From the sequence record MK774614.2: a DNA stretch of 64,000 nucleotides, one strand, 5' to 3'. Positions 9,127 through 18,566 of this stretch are shown here, in pieces. The position numbers and the translations under genes are program-made. The first letter of the stretch is position 1. Each line of letters opens with the position of its first letter. The notes beneath the pieces were generated by a model. The model did not search any database and was not told where the DNA came from. It was given only the letters and a program-made list of their open reading frames with translations.

Positions 9127-10167
9127 ATGGAAATTGACCAAAGATTGTTATTTTACAAACCCATTTCAATAATACTTGATTTTGATTGGGATACCAGTAG
9201 TTATGACGAGCGTGTTCAATTACGTCATAACTACGTCCAAGAACAAAAGAAGAAAAACCCTAACTATGTTGGTTGGGATTTCCCAGAACACTTTAGTAGT
9301 TTTTTTGGTGGTGGAAAAAATAAACACGCCGAAACGGTTGTTGATTTTTCAAGATTAGTAAGTACAACCGGACGGTTAATTTCCACCGGAAGAAAAAATC
9401 TGATTACAACTATTGGATATTCAAATGGCAAGGGTTATCTTGGATTTGACATAAAAACCAAGTCCAAAATTAAAAGATTAAAAGCGCATAGAGTAGTCGC
9501 ATGTACCTTTATCCCAATACCGGACCATTTAAATGAGTTTAAAGAAAAACTAGTAGTTAACCATAAAAACGATAATGGTTGCTGTAACTGGCAATCAAAT
9601 TTGGAATGGGTAACACAGCAAGAAAATGTAACTAAAGCTATTGAAACAGGTGCAAAAGACTCGACATATTTTAAATGCACTGTTAAGCTCCCAGGGAAAT
9701 TATTCGGAAAACAATATTACTTTTACCAAAACCCGGGGTTAAAGGCTTATGGGTTTGTTAATAGTGAAGTTTATAAATCCATTAATACCGGAAAGCTCTA
9801 TGTTCATTGTTTGTGGGAGATCGAGACTAAGCAAAATGCTGAAAATAAAACGTTGGGGATTCCCTTAGATGAACTTGCAATAATCAGAGATCCTAAAAAT
9901 GGCCGTTCCAACGCAAAAGGTGCGGTTGGAACGATAATGTCAGAAGGTCCATGCAAAGGTGAGCGGTTTGTTATTTATGGTAAAAAACAATTAAAAATGT
10001 TCGGGTTCCATGAAGGTATGGTCAGCGAATGCGTAAAAGGAAAAATTAAATACCATAGAGGATGTGTTTGGGAATACGTTTCTCGGAAAGAAGGATCTAA
10101 ATTTCAGCAGGGTTTAACCAAATCTCAAAAAGAACATATATTTCCGCAAGAGAAAAGGAATATTTGA
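9127..10167 (+). mobile_element. Free-standing HNH homing endonuclease gene with tandem C-terminal repeat domains
   Basis: AHRVVACTF...VVNHKNDNGCCNWQSNLEWVTQQEN is an HNH_3/I-HmuI-type motif; flanked by duplicated helicase end. Confidence 0.9.
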
Positions 10168-10220
10168 GAAGAAGATGAAAATCTTCGAACCCATTGATAG
10201 CGGAGTGACTGTTTAACATA
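10154..10220 (+). repeat. Copy 2 of the duplicated helicase 3' end (orphan; supplies the HNH stop codon in another frame)
   Basis: Same 20 codons plus TAA CATA with 8 third-position synonymous differences. Confidence 0.95.
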
Positions 10221-10230
10221 ATTCATAACT

Positions 10231-10259
10231 GACCTTAGAAGCTTATGGCTTCTAAGGTC
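10231..10259. terminator. 12-bp-stem hairpin
   Basis: GACCTTAGAAGC-TTATG-GCTTCTAAGGTC. Confidence 0.55.
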
Positions 10260-10283
10260 GTTACTTATGCTCAAGGTATAATT

Positions 10284-10787
10284 ATGCGTGTTTATCCATC
10301 TATTCCATTTGTTCATCCACCAGCGCAATTAAGCACCTTTGTCTTTTATATTGAGGAAGAGGTAGAAGAAGATCTTCTTCATGTCTTAGCAAGCGGATTG
10401 TGTACATTGATTGTCCACAGTAATGATGCTGGAGATGATGATATCGTCAATCCTTTTTCTATGGATCTTGCTAATTACCAGATGGGAGATATGTTAGCAG
10501 ATTGTTATGGTTCGATTGCAAACTTTGATAAGGAATACAGTTTTTGCACAGTTAAGTTAAAACAACTTGTACAAGAGCAAGGAAGCCTCCTTAATACGTT
10601 TGTAACAACGTCTGATAACATAGCCCAGTGTTTCTATCTGGTTAAGCCTAAAATGATTCATATCTCGATACAGGAAGGATTACCAAATGGTGAGAATCCC
10701 ACTATGATGGCAATACAAGCTGGTATCGAATCATTTAACGCCTACACGAATACCGTAGGAGGACAGTTGGAGTACCAACATGTTTGA
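10284..10787 (+). CDS. Acidic hypothetical protein
   Basis: ORF; ATG 10284 chosen because the upstream ATG lies inside the hairpin. Confidence 0.65.
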   Translation: MRVYPSIPFVHPPAQLSTFVFYIEEEVEEDLLHVLASGLCTLIVHSNDAGDDDIVNPFSMDLANYQMGDMLADCYGSIANFDKEYSFCTVKLKQLVQEQGSLLNTFVTTSDNIAQCFYLVKPKMIHISIQEGLPNGENPTMMAIQAGIESFNAYTNTVGGQLEYQHV

Positions 10788-11229
10788 TGAAGACTTATCA
10801 CACCTTGGGATTAACGTTTTTGAAACAGAAGAACCACCCGAGGTGTGTGATACCACTGTCACCACTTGGTTATTACCAAATCCTGTTTTTACCCAAGCTA
10901 TCGACACTCCTCAAGATCTCTTAATGGAGTACCTGTGTTATGCATTAGGAGAAACACTCATTGGTCCTCCCGGAAGTTATGACCCGATGATGGTGGGTGG
11001 TGAGGCGTTGTATAATAGCTTAGGTCCACTTGATAAAAATAACATTGATGCAATTGCTAAAGAAATTGAACAACATTATATTAGGATCTGTGACGATCCA
11101 GTGTTTTATAATCTTAATTATAGCGATGAAGGATTTTACCGATATGCAACCAACATTTACCCCCGGATCACCCGTTTCACCCTCTTCGCTGATCCAGACT
11201 TTAAAGTTGGATTCTGGGGTGGGGATTAA
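10780..11229 (+). CDS. Acidic hypothetical protein
   Basis: 149-aa ORF, GGAG RBS, overlaps previous stop. Confidence 0.7.
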   Translation: MFDEDLSHLGINVFETEEPPEVCDTTVTTWLLPNPVFTQAIDTPQDLLMEYLCYALGETLIGPPGSYDPMMVGGEALYNSLGPLDKNNIDAIAKEIEQHYIRICDDPVFYNLNYSDEGFYRYATNIYPRITRFTLFADPDFKVGFWGGD

Positions 11230-11713
11230 TACCGATATTGTTGTCTACAAATTTAATAGTATTGATTTGGAAGACTACGTAGAAGGTTGGAATGAGAACC
11301 AAATTACATTGGCACTGGAAGGTGCCTTAAACTTAATTTTCCATCCCTCAGTGACCAGTAATACAGAGATTTATGCAGGGGAACCTTGGAGCGAAATTGA
11401 AAACCAAATCGTGACCGAAACCGTTAACCTGATCCAATCTCATTCAGATGGATCAGAATTTGGATTTCGGTTATTTGATACTGAGGAAGAGGAAGAGCGA
11501 TGGGACCTCTTATTTTTAGAGCAAACTAACAACATAGAGGCTCAGTTTGGAAGTCTACTTGAAAAGTTAGCGGAAGACATTTCAAGTGATCATTATAACC
11601 CAGATGTCAATACCCTTTATGGGGAGATGATGTTATCTGCTAAATTGATTTTGCGAAGTTACGCTTATTACACAGACACCGGTGTATTACGTCTGGCTAT
11701 TCAATGCCAATAA
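11219..11713 (+). CDS. Acidic hypothetical protein
   Basis: Open frame 11030-11713; likely GTG start at 11219 overlapping the previous stop; start uncertain. Confidence 0.6.
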   Translation: MGINTDIVVYKFNSIDLEDYVEGWNENQITLALEGALNLIFHPSVTSNTEIYAGEPWSEIENQIVTETVNLIQSHSDGSEFGFRLFDTEEEEERWDLLFLEQTNNIEAQFGSLLEKLAEDISSDHYNPDVNTLYGEMMLSAKLILRSYAYYTDTGVLRLAIQCQ

Positions 11714-11729
11714 CAAAAGGACTAAGAAA

Positions 11730-12425
11730 ATGCAAAATAACAACATTACGTGTGCAACTATTCACCACAGTAACTTTTATGATTACCAAATCCCAATCGC
11801 TGTTCTTTACTTTAAGCCAGAAGACAAGGAACAAATTGTCGGTATATTGAAACGGTTTTATGGGTCGTTTTGGAAAATGGCCGAAGGTGATCTTATTCCA
11901 CCTACCATTGCGCTTCCTCCTGTACACAAAGTTGAAAACTACTTGTTATTCGTCGTTCCCGTTGGCGGAACTCCTGATACGGAAGTTCCAGAAATACTTG
12001 ATTTCAGAACGATGATCAAGAACAATCCTATCTCATTATGTCCAATTGGATATGAAGACTATCACGGTTCTACTATTCAAGAGTTCTTTGACCACCAAGA
12101 GGTTAATCGTTACCCCTTTGAACTTCCTTTAAGTACAAAGTCAAAACCAGCTCCTTTAGAATGGAGTTCCAAAACAGAACAAACTCTTACACTCCTAACA
12201 GAGTTAACTGATGACCCTCATCCACTTTCTAAAAAGCATTTGATTAAGCTTAAAGATAAGATCATCCTGGAATACAAGGAACAGCTCAAACAAGTGGTAA
12301 TGGAAACAGTGGAGTTAGAAAATAACCTCATTGAAATGGAAGCAGAGTTAGTTCGATTAAGAATGGAACTCACGGCCCTTCAAACTCAATTGTTAGATAA
12401 CGAGATTAAACAAGTAGAGCCATAA
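11730..12425 (+). CDS. Hypothetical protein with C-terminal coiled coil
   Basis: ATG 11730 after AAAAGGA; heptad-like C-terminus. Confidence 0.7.
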   Translation: MQNNNITCATIHHSNFYDYQIPIAVLYFKPEDKEQIVGILKRFYGSFWKMAEGDLIPPTIALPPVHKVENYLLFVVPVGGTPDTEVPEILDFRTMIKNNPISLCPIGYEDYHGSTIQEFFDHQEVNRYPFELPLSTKSKPAPLEWSSKTEQTLTLLTELTDDPHPLSKKHLIKLKDKIILEYKEQLKQVVMETVELENNLIEMEAELVRLRMELTALQTQLLDNEIKQVEP

Positions 12426-12436
12426 CCACATCAACG

Positions 12437-12469
12437 TCCCTCACACTCCTGATAAAGGAGTGTGAGGGA
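12437..12469. terminator. 14-bp-stem hairpin upstream of the second HNH gene
   Basis: TCCCTCACACTCCT-GATAA-AGGAGTGTGAGGGA. Confidence 0.55.
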
Positions 12470-12494
12470 GATATCGATCATAAAAGAGCAAATT

Positions 12495-13532
12495 ATGTTT
12501 AATACAGGAATAGAGTACACAGCCATTAAGCCGTTATCAGAAATCTTAAATATTGATTATGATAAAACCACGGTCACAGAACGTGCTAAAATGCGTTATG
12601 ATTACATAATGTCTGAAATAGCAAAAGGAAGTGACGATGTTTTCTGGGACTACTTAGAATATATTCCAGGTGTGCTTGGAAGAAACGGTTCTAAAATACC
12701 TCCATGGAGAACTGAACAGACATTAATAAACATCTATGGTGAAGCTGGAACAAACATCAAAGGAAACTTATGGACTTATAAGGGAACCGTTGATGCAAGA
12801 GGCTATGTTAAAATTGTTGTTAGGTCACCGGCATTATCTTTTAGTATCTCAGCCCACCGTGCCGCTGCCTCTACTTTTATTCCTATGGAGACACTTGATC
12901 AAACCTTACAGGTTAATCACATTGATGCCATCAAAACAAATAATTATTTCAAGAACTTTGAATGGGTAACGCATCAAGAAAACTCCCAACATGCTGTCAG
13001 TATGGGTATTGACGTCGGTATCAACAATAAGAACACGAAACCGATCCTAGGAACGTGGATTATTCCTGATGAGGATTACGGAACAAGTTTCGTGTTAGTC
13101 GGGAAAACCGAGATCTTTGCCGCCGGGTTAAATGCACCTAGTATCCATCAAGCGGCGGATAATCCCACCATAGTCAGATATGGGTGTATTTGGAAATACG
13201 TCCCCAAGGAAGACGTCCCATTGGTACATAATGGGGTTCCAGAGACATTAACCGACAAGATAAAGGATCTTGCTTATACAAACATGAATACGGAACCTGT
13301 AAAAGCAACGATTAACGTAGAGGGGAAACATAAAGGTGAGGAATTTTGTGTTTACGGAGCCTCTAGATTAAAGGAACTTGGATTTTTAGGTCCGCATATT
13401 TTAAATGTGGTGAAAGGAAAGTTGAAAACTCATGGTGGTTGCAAGTGGATAAAGGTGTCCAGAGAAGAAGCAATGCTTTTGCAACGTGACCCAACTCCAG
13501 AACAACTCAAATTTTTATTTCCAAATAAATAA
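12495..13532 (+). mobile_element. Second free-standing HNH homing endonuclease gene, paralog of 9127
   Basis: SAHRAAASTF...QVNHIDAIKTNNYFKNFEWVTHQEN; same tandem C-terminal repeats ending GC.W..V; start could be GTG 12462. Confidence 0.88.
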
Positions 13533-13534
13533 GA

Positions 13535-13568
13535 AGCTTCTATTCCTCTTTAAAGAGGAATAGAAGCT
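13535..13568. terminator. Perfect 34-bp palindrome between convergent genes
   Basis: AGCTTCTATTCCTCTTTAAAGAGGAATAGAAGCT. Confidence 0.7.
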
Positions 13569-13586
13569 ATTAAACTAAAGTTTTAT

Positions 13587-14882
13587 TTATCTAAACATAT
13601 CGTCAAATGGAACAGTGATGGTCTTTAACTGAGAAACGTGGACGCTCTTCATTCTCGTTAAAAGATACTGGGTAAATATAAACGTAACTTCCGCCGATAA
13701 CCTTTCTTTTATTCCACCAAGTTTATCACCACAACAGATTCGGCAAAGATTATCTTCAGGTTCTTTGCAAAACTGAGGAACACGCATCTGAAGTGTTTGA
13801 CCTATCAGGTGAGTGTCATCACGTTTTATATAAACCGGTTTCCCATCAACCATATGGAAACCAGCTACCCAGCCTTTAAAGTTTCTTTTATTAAGTGTAA
13901 CAGATTCAGTTCTAGTGGTTCCGCAGTCAGTATCAATGGCTAACATTCGGTTAGTTAACAAAATAGCCAGTTTTACTTCGGCACCGCCTTCACCGGTTGC
14001 ATTACCACGATCGTAAGATCCTGAAATAGCTGTGTTAATATATCCCGGGTAATTTTTCTTATCCCACCCTTCATTAAGCGAGTTACGGAGCAAGGTGTAT
14101 TTACCGGTGTTAAAATCAGGGACCATATCGAAAATAATGAACATTTTCTTACGGGCGTTATCAATGAACTTCCCGTTGATAAAGAAGTCTTTAGATGGGC
14201 CTGACAATTGGATTTTGGCATCTAGCGCCACTACTTCGTCAATCACCATGGCAACTGCAGTGGGATCATTGAGTTTGTCTTGTTCTTCCAGCTCTTTTAA
14301 TAGTTTATCTCGAAGGGCAATCACTTCTGGGTGAACAGTCAAGACATCTAAAGAAGAAGCCTTCACAAATACTTGGTTCATCCCTTCTAGGTAATCCAAG
14401 TTCTTTGTAATTGCCAAACATTGCGAGACAGTGGCTTTGCCTTCTGGAGGCGTGTCAGTATCATCCACCATGATTTGATCGATCAGGGCTTTTACAGTCC
14501 CTGCTGTGATCTGCCCGTTAATGAAACTTCCCGCTTTTCCAACAGCTTCATAAATCGCAATGATGTTAGTTAAGAAAATCCCAACGGTAGTTTCGATGCG
14601 CTCTTTTACAAACGAGTGGATGTCCGCATTAACGACAAGGGGTTCGTTCTTATGGAACAGTGCATGATCGTAATTAGGATGCTCTACAACGACTTTCTCC
14701 TTACCTTTAAAGAAGTAGACCTGCTTGAGCTTATCGTCTCTGAAAAGTGCGTAGGGAGCGCTTTGAAGCTTCTTTCTATTCTCAGGTGTGTCTTTGACAA
14801 TAGAGAAGATAGAGAGTAGAAAGGTTTTTCGGATATAAGCGCGATGGTTAAACGCTTCAAATAAATAATCGAACTTATTCAT
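13587..14882 (-). CDS. rpoC: Virion RNA polymerase beta' segment (phiKZ gp80-like)
   Basis: GSYDRGNATGEGG, DTDCGT and MRVPQFCK...LCRICCG match beta' bridge-helix and Zn-site regions. Confidence 0.85.
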   Translation of the reverse strand: MNKFDYLFEAFNHRAYIRKTFLLSIFSIVKDTPENRKKLQSAPYALFRDDKLKQVYFFKGKEKVVVEHPNYDHALFHKNEPLVVNADIHSFVKERIETTVGIFLTNIIAIYEAVGKAGSFINGQITAGTVKALIDQIMVDDTDTPPEGKATVSQCLAITKNLDYLEGMNQVFVKASSLDVLTVHPEVIALRDKLLKELEEQDKLNDPTAVAMVIDEVVALDAKIQLSGPSKDFFINGKFIDNARKKMFIIFDMVPDFNTGKYTLLRNSLNEGWDKKNYPGYINTAISGSYDRGNATGEGGAEVKLAILLTNRMLAIDTDCGTTRTESVTLNKRNFKGWVAGFHMVDGKPVYIKRDDTHLIGQTLQMRVPQFCKEPEDNLCRICCGDKLGGIKERLSAEVTFIFTQYLLTRMKSVHVSQLKTITVPFDDMFR

Positions 14883-15753
14883 GCAGTTTCACCTGTTGAA
14901 GGAGTTGTTGTGCTTTATAAACCAGTTGGATGTCTTCGGAGAATTGTGAGACAGCAGCCATGAACTGGGTTTCAATTTGTTCATCAGTTAAGTTGGCAAT
15001 TAGCATCAACCCTAAGAGATCATTAAGGTAACTGACGGGGTTTTCTACTAACATCTTCCCAAGCTCATTAACAAAGAGCATGGTCAAGTTTTCAAGCTCG
15101 AGTCCCGGGGCGCCACCATTGACAATATGATGTTCTGCCAGTGTCTCTGTTAAAAACGGTTTATTGTTGATCATCCGTTTTTTGAGTGAGGGCTCCAAAT
15201 ACTCTTTGTCATCGGTACTCAGCACATTGAGTCCAACCAGAATCCCTTTGATGACATTAGGTGCAACGCCTTTGATCAAATAAGGGAATTGTTCACAGTC
15301 ATAACTGGGATCCATTTTACGGATCACCTCAATGAACCGTCCCTTGGAGTCGTACTCTTCGTCTTCTAAGATATCGACCAATCCTAAAACATCTTCGATC
15401 CCATCGACCATGTAAATCGTATTTAAAATGTGGGTCAAATCTTTAAGTGAATTGACGTCAACAAAATCCAGATCAATGATAATTCCCATAATCTGTAAAC
15501 AGTCAACGAGATTGTTGATCAACATTTTGCGCACATGCATGACTTTATCAGCTGTTTCCGTCCCTTCGTCAATTAAGATGTTGGTGACATCAATTCCCAT
15601 ATTGTTATCTGGGAAAGAGATGGAAATTAAGTTGTACGCATCGTTGAATTGTATAGCTGCCTGCTCAGAACACACCGAGGTAAAGTCTAACCACAATTCG
15701 CCTAAGTCATCTTGAGCATAATTGCCATGAGTAAGATCAATCATATCTAACAT
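14875..15753 (-). CDS. Conserved hypothetical protein co-transcribed with the vRNAP subunit, probably virion-associated
   Basis: 292-aa ORF, AAGGAA RBS, overlaps the vRNAP gene start. Confidence 0.6.
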   Translation of the reverse strand: MLDMIDLTHGNYAQDDLGELWLDFTSVCSEQAAIQFNDAYNLISISFPDNNMGIDVTNILIDEGTETADKVMHVRKMLINNLVDCLQIMGIIIDLDFVDVNSLKDLTHILNTIYMVDGIEDVLGLVDILEDEEYDSKGRFIEVIRKMDPSYDCEQFPYLIKGVAPNVIKGILVGLNVLSTDDKEYLEPSLKKRMINNKPFLTETLAEHHIVNGGAPGLELENLTMLFVNELGKMLVENPVSYLNDLLGLMLIANLTDEQIETQFMAAVSQFSEDIQLVYKAQQLLQQVKLHE

Positions 15754-15792
15754 CGTTCGTTCCTTTATTTATTCAAAAGGTGGAGTCATACA

Positions 15793-16467
15793 ATGTCCAA
15801 AAGAGCACAACTTAACGCCGCTAAAAGGCGTGCACTGCGTAGCCAAAACAGCGTACAAAAACGCAAACAAGCTCAACGTGAACAAGCCAGTTACAAACCG
15901 GTTCGTCAAACCAAATTTAACGCCCAGCTTGATCGTATTAAAGCAGCCCTTGACAAGCGAGAAGAGGGTGTCAAAGAACTGGCATCCTCCCTTGGGGGCG
16001 TCAAGACAGAAGATCTGAGCAAAATCAATACTGCTGAGCTGATCCAAAATACTCGCACCGCCATCGGTGATGTGTTCAAACTCTTTAGTTATGTTGCCTT
16101 GGGGCGTGCGCTTGCTAAACAAGGTAAGATCGAATATACCCCGAGTTGTGATATCCATGACATCGCTCGCTCTATGACCAATCTGGATCAACAATTTACC
16201 AAGCTTGATGTATTGGTGAAAGAAAACCCAGAAGAGTTCGTGATCACGGTCTTTGACATGGGGAGCGAAATGGAAACACGTGCTCACCAACTTTATACTG
16301 AGATCACAGCTCTGGAAGCACACGAACAGGCAATTGGCTCTGCCATTGACAATACTGCCAAAACCCTTTTGCTGGAACATCCTGAAATGACCATGGATCA
16401 AGCTCGGATCGAAGTTACCCAATCTGTTGCTTACGCCCTGCTCGAAGAGTCTACTGTCGCTATTTAA
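15793..16467 (+). CDS. Hypothetical helical protein with basic N-terminus
   Basis: 224-aa ORF, GGAG RBS. Confidence 0.75.
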   Translation: MSKRAQLNAAKRRALRSQNSVQKRKQAQREQASYKPVRQTKFNAQLDRIKAALDKREEGVKELASSLGGVKTEDLSKINTAELIQNTRTAIGDVFKLFSYVALGRALAKQGKIEYTPSCDIHDIARSMTNLDQQFTKLDVLVKENPEEFVITVFDMGSEMETRAHQLYTEITALEAHEQAIGSAIDNTAKTLLLEHPEMTMDQARIEVTQSVAYALLEESTVAI

Positions 16468-16482
16468 AAGGAAGTCTTTCAC

Positions 16483-18120
16483 ATGTCCGAACAAGAACAA
16501 CCAAACGAACAACCCATCCCAGAGTTTAAAGCAGTGCACAAAGGGGGCGGCTATAGCTCCCCTATTTTGAACACTGAAGATACCCCACTGGGCGAATACA
16601 CCACCCCGATCTTCTTGGGTTCTCTGGATAGTCAGCACAAAGCAATCTTTGAAACTGCGGTGGTCTTTGCCGAACTGCGCCAGATGCGCCAGGACAATGA
16701 AGCGGAGCGCGGTGTCTCTACACAGATGCTAAACTCGCTGGAAGTCAAATACAGCGAACTGTGCGAAAAACATTTCCCGGGAATTGATGAAAAAGAACTG
16801 GCGATTACACTTGCCAATTACTTTAACTTTATTCAACGCGGTGAACGTACACTTCGTCGTGACGAGAACCGGGATCTGCTTAACGCTGAGCGATTCAGTA
16901 ATGTCTTTGATCGTCCTGCTGGTCCCGCAGGCGTTATTGAAAAGACCGCGGTTAAAACAGTTAAAGATAAAGGCATTCGTGACCGGATGCGGCGCAGTGT
17001 CCTTAAAGCGATGGGTGCGAGCGATAGTATCACGATCACACTCCCTAACTCCCGCATTGTGCTACGCATTCCTGTTCCTACTCCGTGGGAGATGGCGTCG
17101 CTCTTTAACAAGATCTCCGCTGCACTTAACTACAACCAGTTTGGTGGTCGGATTCGGGTGTCTAGCCTCCATCTAGAACGCGCCATGATTACTCGCACCA
17201 TTGTAATGTGGGTGTTGGAACGTGCCAACTACTGGTCTGTTAAAGACATCTTGGAAGCACAAGAACTCCTTGAAGTGATTCAACGCGAAGATGCCGATCT
17301 GATTGCAACAGCTATCTTAGCAAGTGCCGCACCAAAAGGTCTGTCGTATCGTCTCCATTGCCTTGCAGATAAATGTAACTACGTAGAAGACAAACTGATT
17401 GATCCTGCCAACTTGGTGGTCTTCGATGACATTCGTTATCCACAAGTCTACATGGATCAACTGCTGGAAATGTTGAACACCGGTAAGAAGTTCACCAAGC
17501 AGGAACTCAAAGATACCCGTGTTCCTTATGTGGATGTAAACGGTGAGGTGCTGGATGATAAGATCATTGCAGTGGGTGGTGAAATCGAGTTTAAAATTGG
17601 CAGTCCTTATTTGTCCGATTACTTTACTTGTTTTGATCATGCCGCCAATCTCTTAAATAAAGAGATCCGTGATCTGGCTACTCAGTTCCCTAACGCGAAG
17701 GAGTTTGCCGAAAAGCGCAAAGAACTGATGTCCAGTATGCGGATGATCGATTACCTTCAGTATTTTGAATCGATGACTCTCAAAGCGGATCCGCTTAATG
17801 AAGAAGAGAAAGACGAAGTTATTTCTCGTTCAGAAAACCCGGGTGAATTTAACCAAGGTCTGATCGATATCTTTAATAACGATGAAGTCCTCTACGGTGA
17901 AGCATTGGTTAAAGTTCTGACCATTGTCCCCCGGATGTCTTATACCTTCGTTGGGATTGCTGATGACACTTGCCCTAAGTGCAAAGAAAAACATCCCCAT
18001 ACTGAAATCCGTAATGGGTTTACACCAATCGATCCTATCCTGAATTTTTTCGACCAGGCCCGGATGTTGATTATGGTACGGCGGGACATGGGAGTTTATC
18101 AAGAGGAAGTTCTTTCCTAA
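16483..18120 (+). CDS. Putative tail/baseplate assembly chaperone-like protein (candidate 'G')
   Basis: 545-aa ORF; C-terminal CPKC and PIDPILNFF followed by a slippery T6 run; function inferred. Confidence 0.5.
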   Translation: MSEQEQPNEQPIPEFKAVHKGGGYSSPILNTEDTPLGEYTTPIFLGSLDSQHKAIFETAVVFAELRQMRQDNEAERGVSTQMLNSLEVKYSELCEKHFPGIDEKELAITLANYFNFIQRGERTLRRDENRDLLNAERFSNVFDRPAGPAGVIEKTAVKTVKDKGIRDRMRRSVLKAMGASDSITITLPNSRIVLRIPVPTPWEMASLFNKISAALNYNQFGGRIRVSSLHLERAMITRTIVMWVLERANYWSVKDILEAQELLEVIQREDADLIATAILASAAPKGLSYRLHCLADKCNYVEDKLIDPANLVVFDDIRYPQVYMDQLLEMLNTGKKFTKQELKDTRVPYVDVNGEVLDDKIIAVGGEIEFKIGSPYLSDYFTCFDHAANLLNKEIRDLATQFPNAKEFAEKRKELMSSMRMIDYLQYFESMTLKADPLNEEEKDEVISRSENPGEFNQGLIDIFNNDEVLYGEALVKVLTIVPRMSYTFVGIADDTCPKCKEKHPHTEIRNGFTPIDPILNFFDQARMLIMVRRDMGVYQEEVLS

Positions 18121-18566
18121 CGCCAGCTGATTCACCAAACTTTGCAAAACGGTGGTTAGAAAGTGCGACCAAATTTCTATTTGGGGTTTATCGCAAGCAG
18201 AGTGTCTCCACGATGGAGACACTCCTTGCCGAGCATCGTGCTTACTGCCTGTCTTATGGATGGGTCAGTGAAAAGGAATCGATGGCTACTGCAATCGATT
18301 ACAACCACAAACGCCGTGATTTCTTTCACATCTTTTCTGCAAAGTCAATTGGTGAAACATTCGGGCGTAGAGAATATGATACGCTCATTCCATTGAAAGA
18401 TTACATGGATTCCCCTATGCACTTAATCGAAGATCTTCTGGAAGGGGTAGCAGAAGGTAAGCGCAAAGCCAAGATTGCGGCTGAGCAAGCGGTTAAGAAT
18501 AAGATGGGGAATTTAAGTCCCGAACAAATTGTTCAAAAACAGATAAATAAAGAGATGCAAAGATGA
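18045..18566 (+). CDS. -1 frame extension (candidate 'T') of the 545-aa gene; alternatively a 117-aa gene from ATG 18213
   Basis: Frame open 18015-18566; no ATG/GTG/TTG in frame before 18213; no clear RBS there. Confidence 0.6.
   Translation, partial: FFRPGPDVDYGTAGHGSLSRGSSFLTPADSPNFAKRWLESATKFLFGVYRKQSVSTMETLLAEHRAYCLSYGWVSEKESMATAIDYNHKRRDFFHIFSAKSIGETFGRREYDTLIPLKDYMDSPMHLIEDLLEGVAEGKRKAKIAAEQAVKNKMGNLSPEQIVQKQINKEMQR

Noticed and set aside
12437-12469. Hairpin as an RBS-sequestering translational switch for the second HNH gene
   Set aside because: AAGGAG lies 1 nt from the GTG and about 35 nt from the ATG, so spacing supports neither start.
12426-13586. Search for a duplicated gene end around the second HNH gene
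   Set aside because: Neither the upstream gene end nor the vRNAP gene end is repeated on the other flank.
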